Source of the DNA: Rebecca billardiae RCC1528
Lineage: Eukaryota > Protista > Haptophyta
Length of the DNA stretch: 64,000 bases
Assembly: GCA_965240325.2 (NCBI GenBank)
Contig: OZ251239.1
Location: forward strand, 124,001-188,000
Reading direction: 5' to 3'
Position numbers and translations under genes: made by a program. The notes beneath the pieces are model-generated. The model saw only the letters and a program-made list of their open reading frames with translations. It did no database searches and had not been told where the DNA came from. The number at the start of each line of letters is the position of its first letter. The stretch's first letter is position 1. Of the stretch, positions 24,030 through 36,319 are shown in pieces.

Positions 24030-24867
24030 GGCTCCGCACCGCTCGCCTCCCGGAGCCGCCACCGGACCGGACCGGAGGGAGCCCCCCTGCCCCCGGCCCA
24101 TGCCGTCCCGCACCGCACACGCGCACACCGTCCTGGCATCCGTCGTCCATGTCTCGGCGTCCCGCGAGCTCGCGCCGGCGAGCAAGCAAGCCGCACGGGG
24201 CCCTCCAGCTGTGCGCATGCCCCCGCTTCCGTGCTCCCCGTCGATGGCGGCGTGCGCCGACGCCGATCCACCTCCCGCATTCCATCCCCTCCATGCGGTC
24301 CATGCCCCGGACCCGCACACGCATCCCATGAGCATGAGCCATTCCTGTCATCTGTGCGACCCTTCCTTTTTCGGTCTTTCTTTCGTTCGGCCGCTCGACC
24401 AGCCTCGCACTGTCACGCTGCCAGTGTCTCTGCCCCCTGAGTCGGCCGGTGGCACCCCCGACTCCCGCGGGCCACTCGCCCGACTCGGACCCGCCGCCGC
24501 CGCCGCGCCGCGCTTTGACCGCAGGCACTGGCCGAGTACTCCCGCCGGTTACCGGTCAGGAACTAGGCCGATGCTCGGCCCACCGCCACCGGCTGCGGCC
24601 CGGCCTACGCCGGCCCTAGGCCAGCAGGCCGGCCCGCGGCCGCGGGCGCCGCGGCCGCGCCGCCCGCGGGCGCCGGGCCCGGCCGGCGCCGGGGTCAGCC
24701 GGGTCACCAGGAATCCGGCGCGGCGTGGCCTGGCCCTGGTCCAGCCCAGAATCGTGCCCGAGTCGGAACGGTTTCGGTTACGGTGACAGTCGGTGACTGC
24801 TGCCAGCAGGCGAATATTATGCTGTAAAGTATCAATAATAATAATAAGTACATACAAACATAATAAT

Positions 24868-27800
24868 GGCCCGCGGTGCAGGGCGGAGCGCGCAGCGTGG
24901 AGCTCGCACCAGCGGGCCCGAACCACGTTTCAAAAAGATCTTTGATCAAGAAAAAAGGGACGGGGGCGATTTTTAGGGCTGGCGGAGACCGAGTTTCGAG
25001 TTTTTGAGATCGCATTGAGAGGTCTATCAGGCCAAAAAAAACCGCGCCCAGCTGATTCCCTTAAGTAAAGACTAAAGTGCGATCTGGACGTCAGCTGGAC
25101 GTGACATTAGCTTGTAACGGTTCGTTACGAGCGCGATTTTAAGTATGATATTGCCGCCAACCGCCAACCGATAAAAACGGCAAGGCCCAAGGGATCGGGA
25201 AACTTGATCACTTCTAACTGTGAATAGTAAAAAAAAGCAACGCGACGAACCCGGGCGCGCCGGCCCTTTGTGGGTACTCTCGTTCAGTCTATCATATCTA
25301 AGTACATTCGGGCTCCGGCTCTTGGAAAAGGCGTAACGTCCGTATTTCATACGCAGGCCCCTGAGGGAGGGACCTGCGCAGGTTCCTGATACGGAAGGTC
25401 CCTAGTGCGACAGATTGTCGTCTGTCAGTGTCTGAGTGCACGACGCGGTCTGAGCGCGCGCGCGCGCGGCGCGCCGCGCGCGCAGCGCGCGCCGACGCAG
25501 TTATCTGGTGAGCTGAGTTGCGTTGCTGGTGGAGCGGCGCGCCGCGCGCGCCGCAGGCGCGCGCGGCGCGCAGAGCCGCGCGCTACACGCCAAAAAGACG
25601 CGCGAGGCCCTTACGATGCAAATGCTTCAATCCGCACCTCGATCCGAGTTGATGGTGAAGAGTTATGGCTGTTTTCGTGCGCGCTGGCCCGCAGGGGCGG
25701 CGGGCGCGGGGCTGCGTGATGTGACCTCGATGCCGACATTGGCGCAAGCGACAAGCGCAGGGCGCTCACTGCGCAGGCGTGAGCACGGGGCAGGGGGATG
25801 TCAGCACACGCGCGCCGGCGCCGTGTTGGGCGGCGGGCGCGCCGCGCGCGTGCCACCGTGCACCTTCGAGATGTCAGCGGGCAGCTTGGACCCTCCGCGC
25901 CCGTGCTTCTGCACGACGTGCTCTGCTCGGCGCGGTTCCGCGTGGCCGCGGAGGTGTGCGTGAAGTGCCACGCCCTGCCCTTGAAGTGGATCGACAGCGC
26001 GCGATCGAGGAAGGGGATGCACTCGGCGAGGTGCGGCTTGGGCGCGCGTTCCAGCAGACCACCGCTTCCTCGACGCCCGCCTTGAACGAGAGGTGGCGCC
26101 CCGGCGTCGCGCAGCGGTCCCACACGCCTCCCATGCCCTCGACGACCGCCTCAGACGCGCCCTTGAGCGCGCAGTGCTGGAAGAGGTAGAGGTAGCTGAG
26201 GCAGCACTCGTAGAACTTGGGAAGAGAGAAGACGTCCTGCGCGAGCACGGCCGAGCTGGTCGCCCCGAGCCACCGCGCGCGGTGCAGCTCACTCGCGTCG
26301 ATCAGCAAGCGGCAGAGCGCGTTGAACTCGCCGACGACCACCTCGTCTCGCGGCAGCGTGATGCCGTGCCACCGGGAAGCAGAGTCGGGCGCGCCGACAA
26401 AGTCGGCGACGGTGCGCGCGCCGCGCGCGGAGCCGGAGGGCGTTCCGGCAGACGGGCGCGCCCAGCCGGCGAGGGTGCGCAGATGTCCAGCAGCATGAGC
26501 GCGGTACTGCTCGCCCTCGACGCTCAAGCTGGCCATCTTGCGCAGGTCGAGGCAGCCCGCCATCGCAGCGAGCAGATGCTCGGCGCTGCCCTGCTGCCGA
26601 AACCTGCGCAGCTCGTAGTTGTCAGCGATGCGCTTCGCCATCTCGGCGACGCCGTTCAGCGCGAACTTGATCGCGCGCCGCGCCTCCTCCGCTTTGGGCT
26701 TCGACTCGATCATCGGGAACTCGCGGCGGAAAGCTGCGCCGAGCCGCAGCTCCGAGGGCAGCGTCAGCGAGATCGCCTTGTGCTCGCGAATCAGCTGCGG
26801 CGTGCAGTTCTCGAGGTCGGCCATGTTGGCGCGCAGGAACTCGAGAGCGGGCACGCCAAGCTGCTGCGAGCCGGCCGGCGCGGGCATCACGCGCGACACG
26901 TCGCCTCGGCGCAGGTCGCCAGCGAGTTGACGCCTTGACGGAGGAGCTCGATAAAGGCGCGAGGGGCAGCATCGCACTCCCGCAGCAGTGAGTTCACCTC
27001 TTGCTCAGGGAGGGACGCGTCGACGGCTCATCTGCTCGCTGGTGCGCGCCATCTGCATGAGCAGCGACCCGTGGCTCGAGGGCGGCAGCAGTGCGTGTGA
27101 CGCGTCATCACCGTTGCCGTCGCTGTCTGCTTGAGTCAAATCTAGTGCGTCGGCAGCAGCGCAGTCGTCGGCCGCGCTCGCCCGCGGCCCTGGCGGCGTC
27201 CAGCTGGGCTGTCTCGCCCGCGGCTCTGGCGGCGTCCAGCTGGCGGACTGGACGTCGCCGGATTCGTCGATGCGCCGGCGCCTCGGGTCCGCGCGCGCTG
27301 CGTCCGCAGCACCTGCATCGTCATCGTCAGAGTCCGCGTCCTCGATGGGGTCGGACGCGAGCTCAACCGCGCCGCGCTTGAAGCCGTGAAACGCAGCGAA
27401 AGCTTGCTGCTGCCTCGAGAGTAGCGCCTCGTAGGCTGCGCACAACCGCCTGTGCTTCGCCAGGTTCTTCGCACAGAACTCGTGTTGGCAGCCCTCGCAC
27501 GTCGCCTTCTCGCTCGCGTCTCGTCGGGGCATCGTGGGTGCGCCCGCCCGGGCCCGGGCGCGGCCGGCCGCGGAAGTTCTGAAGTACCGTGTACGGTCCG
27601 TTGGTTCAGTAAGTACCTACCTGGTAGTGTCTGACGACGTACGACTGTCTGTCAATCTGTTATCTATCATTATCGATTGTCAATGTAGATCTCAATTAAA
27701 ACCCGTTGGCCGTTACGCCCGTTAGGCCGTTACGCTGGCAGGTCCCCTGAGGCTGAGCGCCCACAGTGTACGCAGGTCCCTCAGCAGATTCCAAGAGCCG

Positions 27801-27946
27801 GCATTGGCTCGCTAACGGTGTTGGGGACTTGGGGGCATAAGGTCATTTTACAAATTGTCCAATACCCTTTTCCTCTGAAAGTAGGGCCAAAACGAGCAGA
27901 CTGCAGACGATAAATCGAATAAAATAACAAATTCCGCACCATCGCC
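24868..27946 (-). mobile_element. Degenerate DNA transposon (hAT-like) carrying a broken transposase; ends approximate
   Basis: The left end GGCCCGCGGTGCAGGGCGG.. recurs at 50568. AT-richer subterminal regions lie on both sides of the transposase-like relic. No TSD found. Confidence 0.5.
25874..27532 (-). pseudogene. Frameshifted, internally deleted transposase-like gene with N-terminal C2HC Zn finger
   Basis: N-terminal CEGCQHEFCAKNLAKHRRLC. C-terminal LFQHCALKGASEAVVEGMG..EEAVVCWN, then a frameshift to FLDRALSIHFKGRAWHF, reminiscent of hAT-type C-terminal regions. Confidence 0.5.
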
Positions 27947-28110
27947 GCGCGATGTGCCCTTGCGATCGAGTTGGGCCAAGTGTCTCGGGAACAACGGACC
28001 GCGAGCGAGCCCTTGCCCGGACCGACGACCGGCGGGCGCGAAAGCGACCCACTGAACGACCACGGCGAACGAACAACGACCCACACGCTCGCCCCAGCGA
28101 CCGCTCCTCC

Positions 28111-30740
28111 ATGGCGTCGCAGCTGCTGCTCGCGACGGTGGCCGCCGTGCCGGCGCATGCGCCCATGGCTCCGGATCTCGGACCGCGCCGCGCGCGCACC
28201 GACGCTCACGATAACGACTCTGCTCGCGCCACGCAGCACGTCCGATCGCTCGTGGACGCCGAGGCGGCCTCAGATCGTGAATGCATCGAGAACCTCCTGG
28301 TGCGCAGCGCTTTCACACAGCGCCTCCCACACGACGGCATGTGCTGGGGCGTGGTGCCGGGAGCGGTGAGTGGCGCACAGATCGTCATGCGCGACGAGAC
28401 GCGCCGCTCGAGCCTTGCGCCATGCACCGTGCTGCGAGCAGTGGACAGCAACCGACAGCAGTCTCCTGCCGTTGCGTACAAGGTGCTCAAACCCGACGGC
28501 AGCACAGTCCTCGCCGAGTGCGGGCAGATCTCGCTGGCGAGCTCGCCGCTGCAGCTCTCTCGGCAAGGCCTCGTGCTGCCCGGGTGCACCGTGCGCATCC
28601 ACGCCGGCGACGCCAATCACGAGATGCGCGGGGTGGTGACAGGAGCGCATCCGGCGGCGGTGGCTGGAGCACAGCAGTGCTCCCTCCCGTGGTACGAGGT
28701 GCGCGCGGACGACGGCTCCGAGCACGAGTTGCGCGCCGCGCAATTCGAGCTGGCGACCACGGGGGAGCGCGAGCTCACGGCAGAGGAGCACGTTCGGTAC
28801 CTGCACGCGCAGCCGAGCGCACAGCAGCATGATGCTGGCTCCTGCGGCGTGAACGCCGGAGGCAGAGACAACACCCCAACTCACACGCACACGGAGTCCC
28901 AGGCGACCACGAGCTGCGAGGCGCTCCCCGCTGATCGCGACGACACGGCGTACGACGCGAAGCGTCCGAAAACTGCAGCGGCCGATGACGAGCCCACCCG
29001 CTCGGTGTCGAGCGCGGCGCGCGCGGCGGTGAGCGCCACGTGCGCCGCCTTCGTGAGCAGGGAGCAGCACAACACGACGGCTGCCTCAAACGACAACCCA
29101 GTGCCCACGCCAGTGAGCGCCTCGACGGACAACCCGGAGATGACAATGCCGCTGCTCGTGCGGCTGGCCTGCGCACTCGCTCCACCGGCCGCCTCCGCGC
29201 TGCTGAGCATGCGCTGCCCCACCTCGACCGAGCTCCCTGGTCTGGACATCCTGCAGTCGAGTGTGAGCTGGCTGCGCGAGGCTGACCCCACCATGGCGCG
29301 CGCGGATGCTGGGGACGAGGATCGTCTGCGATGCGTGGCCGCCCTCGTCGGTGTGCACTCTGTGGGGGGGGAACGGGGCTGGACGCCTGAGCAGAGCGTG
29401 CGGCTGCTCATCGCACGCAGGCTCGCGGTGGGCACGCGGCAGCTGTCCAAGCTCACGCTCGGCCCCAAGTCGCAGAACGCCTGCCGCCTGCAGCTGCAGC
29501 GGCTCAAGCGAGCGTTCGCCGATCCGCCCGTGCCGCTCCTCGTGGTGCAGCTGCGCGGCGTTCTGGACGTGCTCCCCGGCGCGGCGACGTGGGCCACGCA
29601 CACCTTCTTCAACGACGAGGAGTCCTCCGTGGCGGCGGTGGCGCGCTCGATGCTGCGCGAGCAGCGTGAGCAGCACAGCCGCGCGCATCGGCCAGGCGCA
29701 CGGGTCGTGCTGTGCGGGCTGCAGGTGAGCCGGCAATTCAACGGCTGCGCCGGCATCGTGGACCACTACCAAGCCGGCACGAGCGTGCCGCGCTACGCTG
29801 TGCGCATCGCGGACGTGCCCATGCTCCTCTGCGTGCGCGCCGCGAATCTGAGTGCTGCCGCCGCGCACGACCACGGCTGCGGCGAAGTGCCCCCCCATCA
29901 CCACCGCCACAGGTCGGTGAGGCGAGCGCGCGCGCAGGACGCCGAGCCGCCCTTCCCTGGGCGGGAGCACGACGCGTCGAGGCCGGCGCTGCCGCTCACG
30001 TACGAGTGGCAACGCCTGCCGCTCCCTACCGAGCTGCTCTCGAGCTGGTCGCTGCCACCCAGCGCGCAGGTGAGCGGTGGCGCAGCGGGCAGGGCCGGCG
30101 GCGCCGACGCGTGGGCGAGGATCCCGCCGAGCTGGCACCTGTGCATCCCGGCTGAGCGCATGGTGCACATGGGCGCGGGTGTGCTCGAGGAGGCGTCAGA
30201 GGCGGCTCCGCGCGCGCACGCGTTCAACCTCATGGACGTCGCCGCCGCCACAACTGTGGGCGAGATCAGCACGGTCGTGGCTCGCCACCTGCGCGCAAGC
30301 TACCACCGCGCGGTGGAGGCGCAGCGGGACAGCTGCCGCCGTGCCGAGTGCTGCCGGGCGCAACCCCCCACCGCGGCGCACGGCGCGCCGTGCTGCGCCG
30401 AGGCGCGCGAGCCCGCTCAGCCGCACACCCCCGCCACCGACGCCGTGCACGAGGTGAGGCTGGCCACGCTCAACAGGTCCGGAGATGGGTCGGTGCTCGG
30501 CGCCAGCGTGCTCGACGCGGGCAGCACCGCCGAGGCGGCCGATCTCTTCAACCGGCAGGCCGATCTCGTCGTCATCAGCCTCCCGCGCGGCGACGGATCG
30601 TCTGGGCTCGAGCGCGCCCTGCAGCGCGCCAGCACGTCGGCGGCCAACACGCGCCCGCGCGCGCCGGAGCACACGGGCATGCTGAACAACCTCCTTGGGG
30701 GCACCACCGAGTACGCTGAGGAGACCAACCTGTCGGAGGG
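28111..30740 (+). CDS. Large hypothetical protein, first exon (Tudor/SH3-like modules); downstream exons to ~31.9 kb look degenerate
   Basis: About 875-codon open frame from ATG 28111. Contains PWYEVRADDGSEHEL and PGARVVLCGLQVSRQFNGCAGIVDHYQAGTSVPRYAVRI (SH3-like module common in algal proteins). GT donor near 30740. Confidence 0.6.
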
Positions 30741-31978
30741 TAATTGTGGGTATTATCATACCCAGTTGGGGGCTGCCCAGGGGGCGCGCGGCACGCGCTC
30801 GCTCCAAAAACGGGGCGAGCCCTCGTCGCCCTCGATCGACCGCCATCGGTGTGGACGACCGCGCGGAGCGCGCGCCGCGCGCGCGCCGCCCGCGCGGCCG
30901 CGGGCGCCTCCCGCGCGGGTGGCGCACGCACGCCCGCGCGCCCGCCCGCGCGCGCGGCCGCGTTTGCGGGCGCGCGCGGATTGTCGAAGGCTTCTGTCTG
31001 TCGGGCGTTGCGTCCGACTCGTGCGCCATGTCGTGCCATGTCGTGGCGTGCGCATGTGCGCACTCTCGGTGGGGTGGTGCGCCGGCGGCGGCGCTCTCCT
31101 GAATTCTACCCCGCGCCCGTTTCGCTGTGCGTGCGCGCTGCGTCGCGCAGGCACGCGAGAGTACCTGCGGCTCCCGCGCGGCCGACGTGGACGGTTGCCC
31201 CGGCCCGCCGCTCGAGCACGCGCTCGCGTGTCTGCGTGGACTGGGTTATAGCGCGCGTGCCGCGCCTTCTTTTCTCGGTGCAGGCGCGCTGGCTGCAGGC
31301 CTTGGCCATCGACTACGCGGCGCGCACCCTAGCACTCCCTAGCAGCCAGCCGCGACGAGTCCGAGTCTGCGCGCGCAGATGGGCGGCGGCGCGCAGGCCG
31401 TGCGCGCGCAGTGATACACGAGCACGTGCGCGTGAAGGCGCTGGACGCCGAGCTGGCAAAGCGCGACGCCGAGCTCGACGCGTGCGCTCAGAGGCGCTGG
31501 GCGCCGAGCTGGCGAAGCGAGACGCCGAGCTCGACGCGCTGCGTCACGCGGCACGGATGCGCTGGGCGCGCGCGCTGCCCTTGTCCACGCCCTGCAGCAG
31601 CTCGAGCAGGTGTGGACGGCCCTCGAAGCTACGGTGGGCGAGCGCGCGCCGCTCAGCCTGCCGCTGGCCGCCGCCATCCTCGAGGCCGACGCGGCGGAGC
31701 AGGCGGCGGGCGAGCACGGCGGCGCGGTGCGGAGCAGGGCACGCGTGCGCCTGGCGGCGGGCGCGACACGCCACTCGCTTCGTCCCACCCCGAGCTCCGC
31801 TCGGTCTGCGCGTGGCTGCGCAGCGTGGGCGGGCAGCAGTGGCGCGCGCTCTCGCTATGCCGGCCCGAGGCGCGCCGGCTGAGCGACCAGCGGCCCCATC
31901 GTCGAGCGCATGGCGCAGCGCGAGCACCTCAAGCAGGTGCGCGCGCGCGCGCGCACGCGCCGGCCCGCGCCGCGCGGC

Positions 31979-32080
31979 GCCTCTCGCCCTGCACGCGCGC
32001 CGCCCCGCTTCCCCGCGCGGCCCGTCCGCGCCTCTCGCCCTGCGCGCGCGCCGCCCCGCTTCCCCGCGCGGCCCGTCCGC
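31979..32080. repeat. 51-bp tandem duplication
   Basis: gcctctcgccctgc(a/g)cgcgcgccgccccgcttccccgcgcggcccgtccgc occurs twice. Confidence 0.85.
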
Positions 32081-32312
32081 TGGTGTCCCGTGCCACCCTT
32101 GGCCGTCGGCGCGCCCATTCTGATTCACGCGCCGCGAGTCCGACGGACTGGTCTGACTCTCACTCACTCTCCGAGACGGTGCGGCTCGGCCTGTCTGACT
32201 GCCAGGCAGACGCCAGACCGTGCGGATTGACGACTTCACGGTCTCATTCTCAACCACTGCGCCGCGGGCCCCCAACTGCGTTGGTTCTACGGAAAAGGAC
32301 CGCGGAACGCGG

Positions 32313-32480
<168 letters not shown>

Positions 32481-33042
32481 CGACGTGGCAGCATCGGACA
32501 AGCGTCAGGCTCACAGTGCAACAGACACATAGAATGCGTCCGCGCCTTCCGTCCAGGTCAGACAGTGCGCCACCCGCAGCCCGCTGCCCCCCTACGGGAG
32601 CGGGGCCGGGATGCGGAGCACCGCCTCGGCCTGGGGCACGCGGCGGCGACGGCAGATGCCGCCGCGGCCGAGCGCCTTCCGGAGCACTTGGATGAGGGTG
32701 AGGTCGTAGTCGATGTCGCCGCCCGCCGACCTAGCGGCGAGCAGCTCCGGCAAGCGGCAGCCGCGGCTGTCGCCCCCGTGCGCCCGCGTGGGCGCCTGGA
32801 TGAGGATGAGGTCGTAGTACGCGTCGCCGCGCACCGGCCAAGCGGCGCGCAGCTGCAGAAGAGGGGCTTGGAGAGTGAGCGCGCCGCCTAGCGCGCTCTG
32901 GGCGATGAAGCAGATGAGGTGGTAGTCGATGTCGCAGCCCGGCCCGCCAGCGGGCTGCTGCAGATGCAGTGCTTGATGCTGGGGAACCTGGCCCCCGGGC
33001 GCGTCACACCCCGCACCCCCTGCCCCACCTATGTATATATCC

Positions 33043-33571
33043 TTACTTAGGAGGGGCACGCAACCTCGCCTTCAAAGTGCTGTTGATCTTGTTCAAGATC
33101 TCGAACAGCATATCGGTCGAAGTTCGCTCGATATCCACCTGCATGCGTTGCGCCGAGTCCATGTCGAGGACGAATGCGAGCGATCGCTCCATTTCGGGAA
33201 GCGACATCTCAAAGAACCGACGGCCCGCGTCCGTCCTCAGCAATTCGATGAACCTCGACAAGAACGCCATGACCGAGCCGAGTTCAGCGGCGGGCGGGCG
33301 CGCCGCGGCCGGCGGCGCCACTTCGTCTGCCGGCGGTGGTGCCGCCGCCACCGCCACTGCCGGGGCTGGTGCCGTCTCCGATGCCGCCGCCGCTGCTGGT
33401 ACCACCGCCGATGCCACTGTCGGGACTGGCGCCGATGCCGATGCCGCCGCCGCCGCCGTGGCCACCGCCGATGCCTCCGCCGCTGCTGGTATCGATGCCG
33501 ATGCCACCGCCGCCGCCGTGGCCGTGGTCGTGACCACTGCCGCCGCCGTGGCCGTGACCGCTGCCGGCGTC

Positions 33572-33602
<31 letters not shown>

Positions 33603-34791
33603 GGACTGCTGCCGCCGGAGCCGCCGCCGCCGCCGCTGTCGGGACTGCGGCCGGCGGTGCCGCCGCCGCCGCCGATGCCGCCGTCGGGACTGCCGCCGCC
33701 GCCGATGCCGCCGTCGGGACTGCTGTCGATGCCGATGCCGCTGTCGGGACTGCTGTCGATGCCGATGCAGCTGTCGGGACTGCTGCCGGGGCTGGTGCCC
33801 CCGCCGCCGCCACCGGTGCCGCCGCCGATGCCACTGTCGGGACTGGTGCCGATGCCGATGCCGCCGCCGCCGACGTGGCCATCGCCGATGCCGCCGCCGA
33901 TGCTGGTGTCGATGCGGCCGCCGCCGCCGTGGCCACCGCCGCCACCGCCGCCGCCGCCGTGGCCGCCGTGGCCGCTGCCGGCGCCGGCGCCGGCGCCGCC
34001 GCCGCCGCCGCCGCCGCCTCTGCATCAGCCGCCGCCGATTGCGCCGTCGGAGCTGCCGCCGAGGTTGTCGGGGATGACACTCCTGGCGCCATGGGCTCCG
34101 TGGCGGCACTCGAGTGCGGTGCCACCCGGGGGGCCGATGATATGTGGACCAGATCATTCGCGCACTGCACGTCGTCTTCCCCTATGGAATTTATGAGCGG
34201 ATGGAGCGCGGGCCGCACGCGCGTCGTGCGCACGAACTCGTCGTGAGCCTGAATGGCAGAGCGCGTTGAGCTGCGGTTCACGAAAACGTATCCCTCGTTG
34301 CGCCGAGGTGTGAAGATCTTGTTAGCGTTGCACTCGAAGAGTTCGCGCACCGACTCCCGGTGTGACGGCATGCCGTCGATACGGAGCGATTTGCTGGACA
34401 CCAGCGCGAGGTTTGAGCCCGGCTCTACGAGAGCAAACCACCACCGAGTCTTCTTCTGTGTCTCGCGGTGCTTCGCGTCGATGCGGATGATGCCGCCTCC
34501 GATGTTCTCCTCCTTCTCAATGCATCTCGTCACGGGCGCCACCGCCACTTTGTACCCGACAACCTGATCATCCACGAGCGCGCCGGCAAACGCCTTGTAC
34601 GCGTCCTCGACCGCGCCGTACGGTCGATGGAAGAGCACGTTGAACTGGCTGTACGACTGGTTGGGGTTGAAAGTAGCCGTCGCTGCCGATACCCTCGGAT
34701 GGTCCGTGATGTCATCGAAGCGCGGCGGCGGCTCCTCGCGTGCGCGCCGCGGCGGCGGCTCCTCGCGTGCGCGCTTCTTACCGGTGGACAT
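33043..34791 (-). CDS. Orphan protein: globular N-domain, ~240-aa Ala/Thr/Pro repeat linker, helical C-domain
   Basis: MSTGKKRAREEPPPR (NLS-like, RAREEPPPR duplicated), complex N- and C-terminal sequence, central AVPTAASA repeats, stop at 33043. Confidence 0.65.
33340..34060. repeat. Coding minisatellite (~30-bp units containing gtcgggactg) plus GCC runs
   Basis: gtcgggactg recurs about 8 times between 33418 and 33845. Confidence 0.85.
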
Positions 34792-36319
34792 CGCTCGCCG
34801 TTGCTCGTCCACCGGGGACACGGCACCTGTCCAGATGGCAGATGTCTGTGCACACCACCACACGGCCAGCGTCGCCCGCGTGCGCCATGCGAGGCGAGAC
34901 AAACACGGAGCATGCGCTTCCGCGCGGCGAGGCCTACACTGTACGCACTGCGCTGCCTTGCGCCGCCGCGCATGAGCGCGGGTCCGAACAGCTGCGTTCA
35001 GGTGTGCTGATTGCATCATACGATTCGATTGGTCGAACAAGCACTCTGGCCCAACGACGACGTTGCAGCGCACGCCATGCTGATATGCGGTGACGCGGAG
35101 CATGTGCGCTCGCGCGGAGTGGCCGCACACATGGCTGCTGTCCAGCTCTGCCTCGGCATTGACCTCCCTGACTTGTGCTCCGACGTCAATCTTGGCCCGA
35201 GGCCGAGGTAGTACGTCATGCATGCGTGCAATGCAAAACATACCGCCTGAAAGAGGCCCATGGCCTGCGTGTATGCGCCTCCTCGGATGACACAGCGCGT
35301 GTATTAATGTGTAAATACTACCTTGTCAAGCAGTAGCTCACGCCTGGACGTCCGTGTCGAACTTCACGGTGCGCATCGCGCACACACGGTCAGTCTTGAT
35401 GGACCGGCACCCGTGCAGCCGTAAGGCAGCATCAGCCTGCCCAAGACGTGAGCATCCAGCCCCGACGCCGCGTCCGGTGCCTGGATGGCGCGCGCTCCTT
35501 TCACGCGGGGATGTGCCCTCCACATCACTATCCAGAAGGGCGCAGCATGTCAGCAGTACTTTTCATTCTCACACGACCCTCGCCCGAACGGCTGCGTGAT
35601 GCTCGATCATGTCTTTTGACGGCTGTGTGACCCGTGCACATGCGCATGCCAGTCAGCGTACTGTGACGAGCGATGACGCGTGCATAAACTACCTGGACAT
35701 TGCCCAGTGCAACTAAGTGCCGGACGCCGACGCCGCTGCTCGCAGCACGCGTGCAGTCAGCCGAGGATTGCAGCACGTAGTACGTACCGGTACGCCCTCC
35801 GCCTTTTTGTTGCGGCGCACGCGATGGCCTGAGGCGCGGCGGATGCAGAGACTCCGAACGGCGAGCGGCGGAACGACGCAAATGGATGCTCTTCAGGCCG
35901 CGCTCAACCACGCGCACCGCCTTTCGCGGGCACAAAACGACCGCAGGAGGGCGCGCAGTCGGCGCCCGTATCGCCGCCCTCCAGCGCCGCCCAGCGCGCT
36001 GGCATCAGCGCGACTCAGCGCAGCCGCCAGCCGGGCAGCCACTCAGGCTCAGCCAGGTCGTTGATATCATCGAACAGTGGTCGTCAATCAGCTATACGAC
36101 TACGACTACTATACTGCTACTACGCTTATTCGGACGACTGCTGGATGGACAGACGAGACAGTCTGCTGGTCTCTGATGGAGACCGATATACATGGACAAC
36201 CTCACGACCACGATCGCCGAGACGACTGGCCTCGGCCCTCGGCCGGACCGGAGGCGGCGGACGACGCGGGCCGAGCAACGGTCACCCGGGTGGCGTCGAG
36301 AGCGAGAAACTGAAGCGAG

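Noticed and set aside
33340-34060. CRISPR-like array or antifreeze protein
   Set aside because: Repeats lack unique spacers and are in-frame coding. Thr spacing is irregular and there is no signal peptide.
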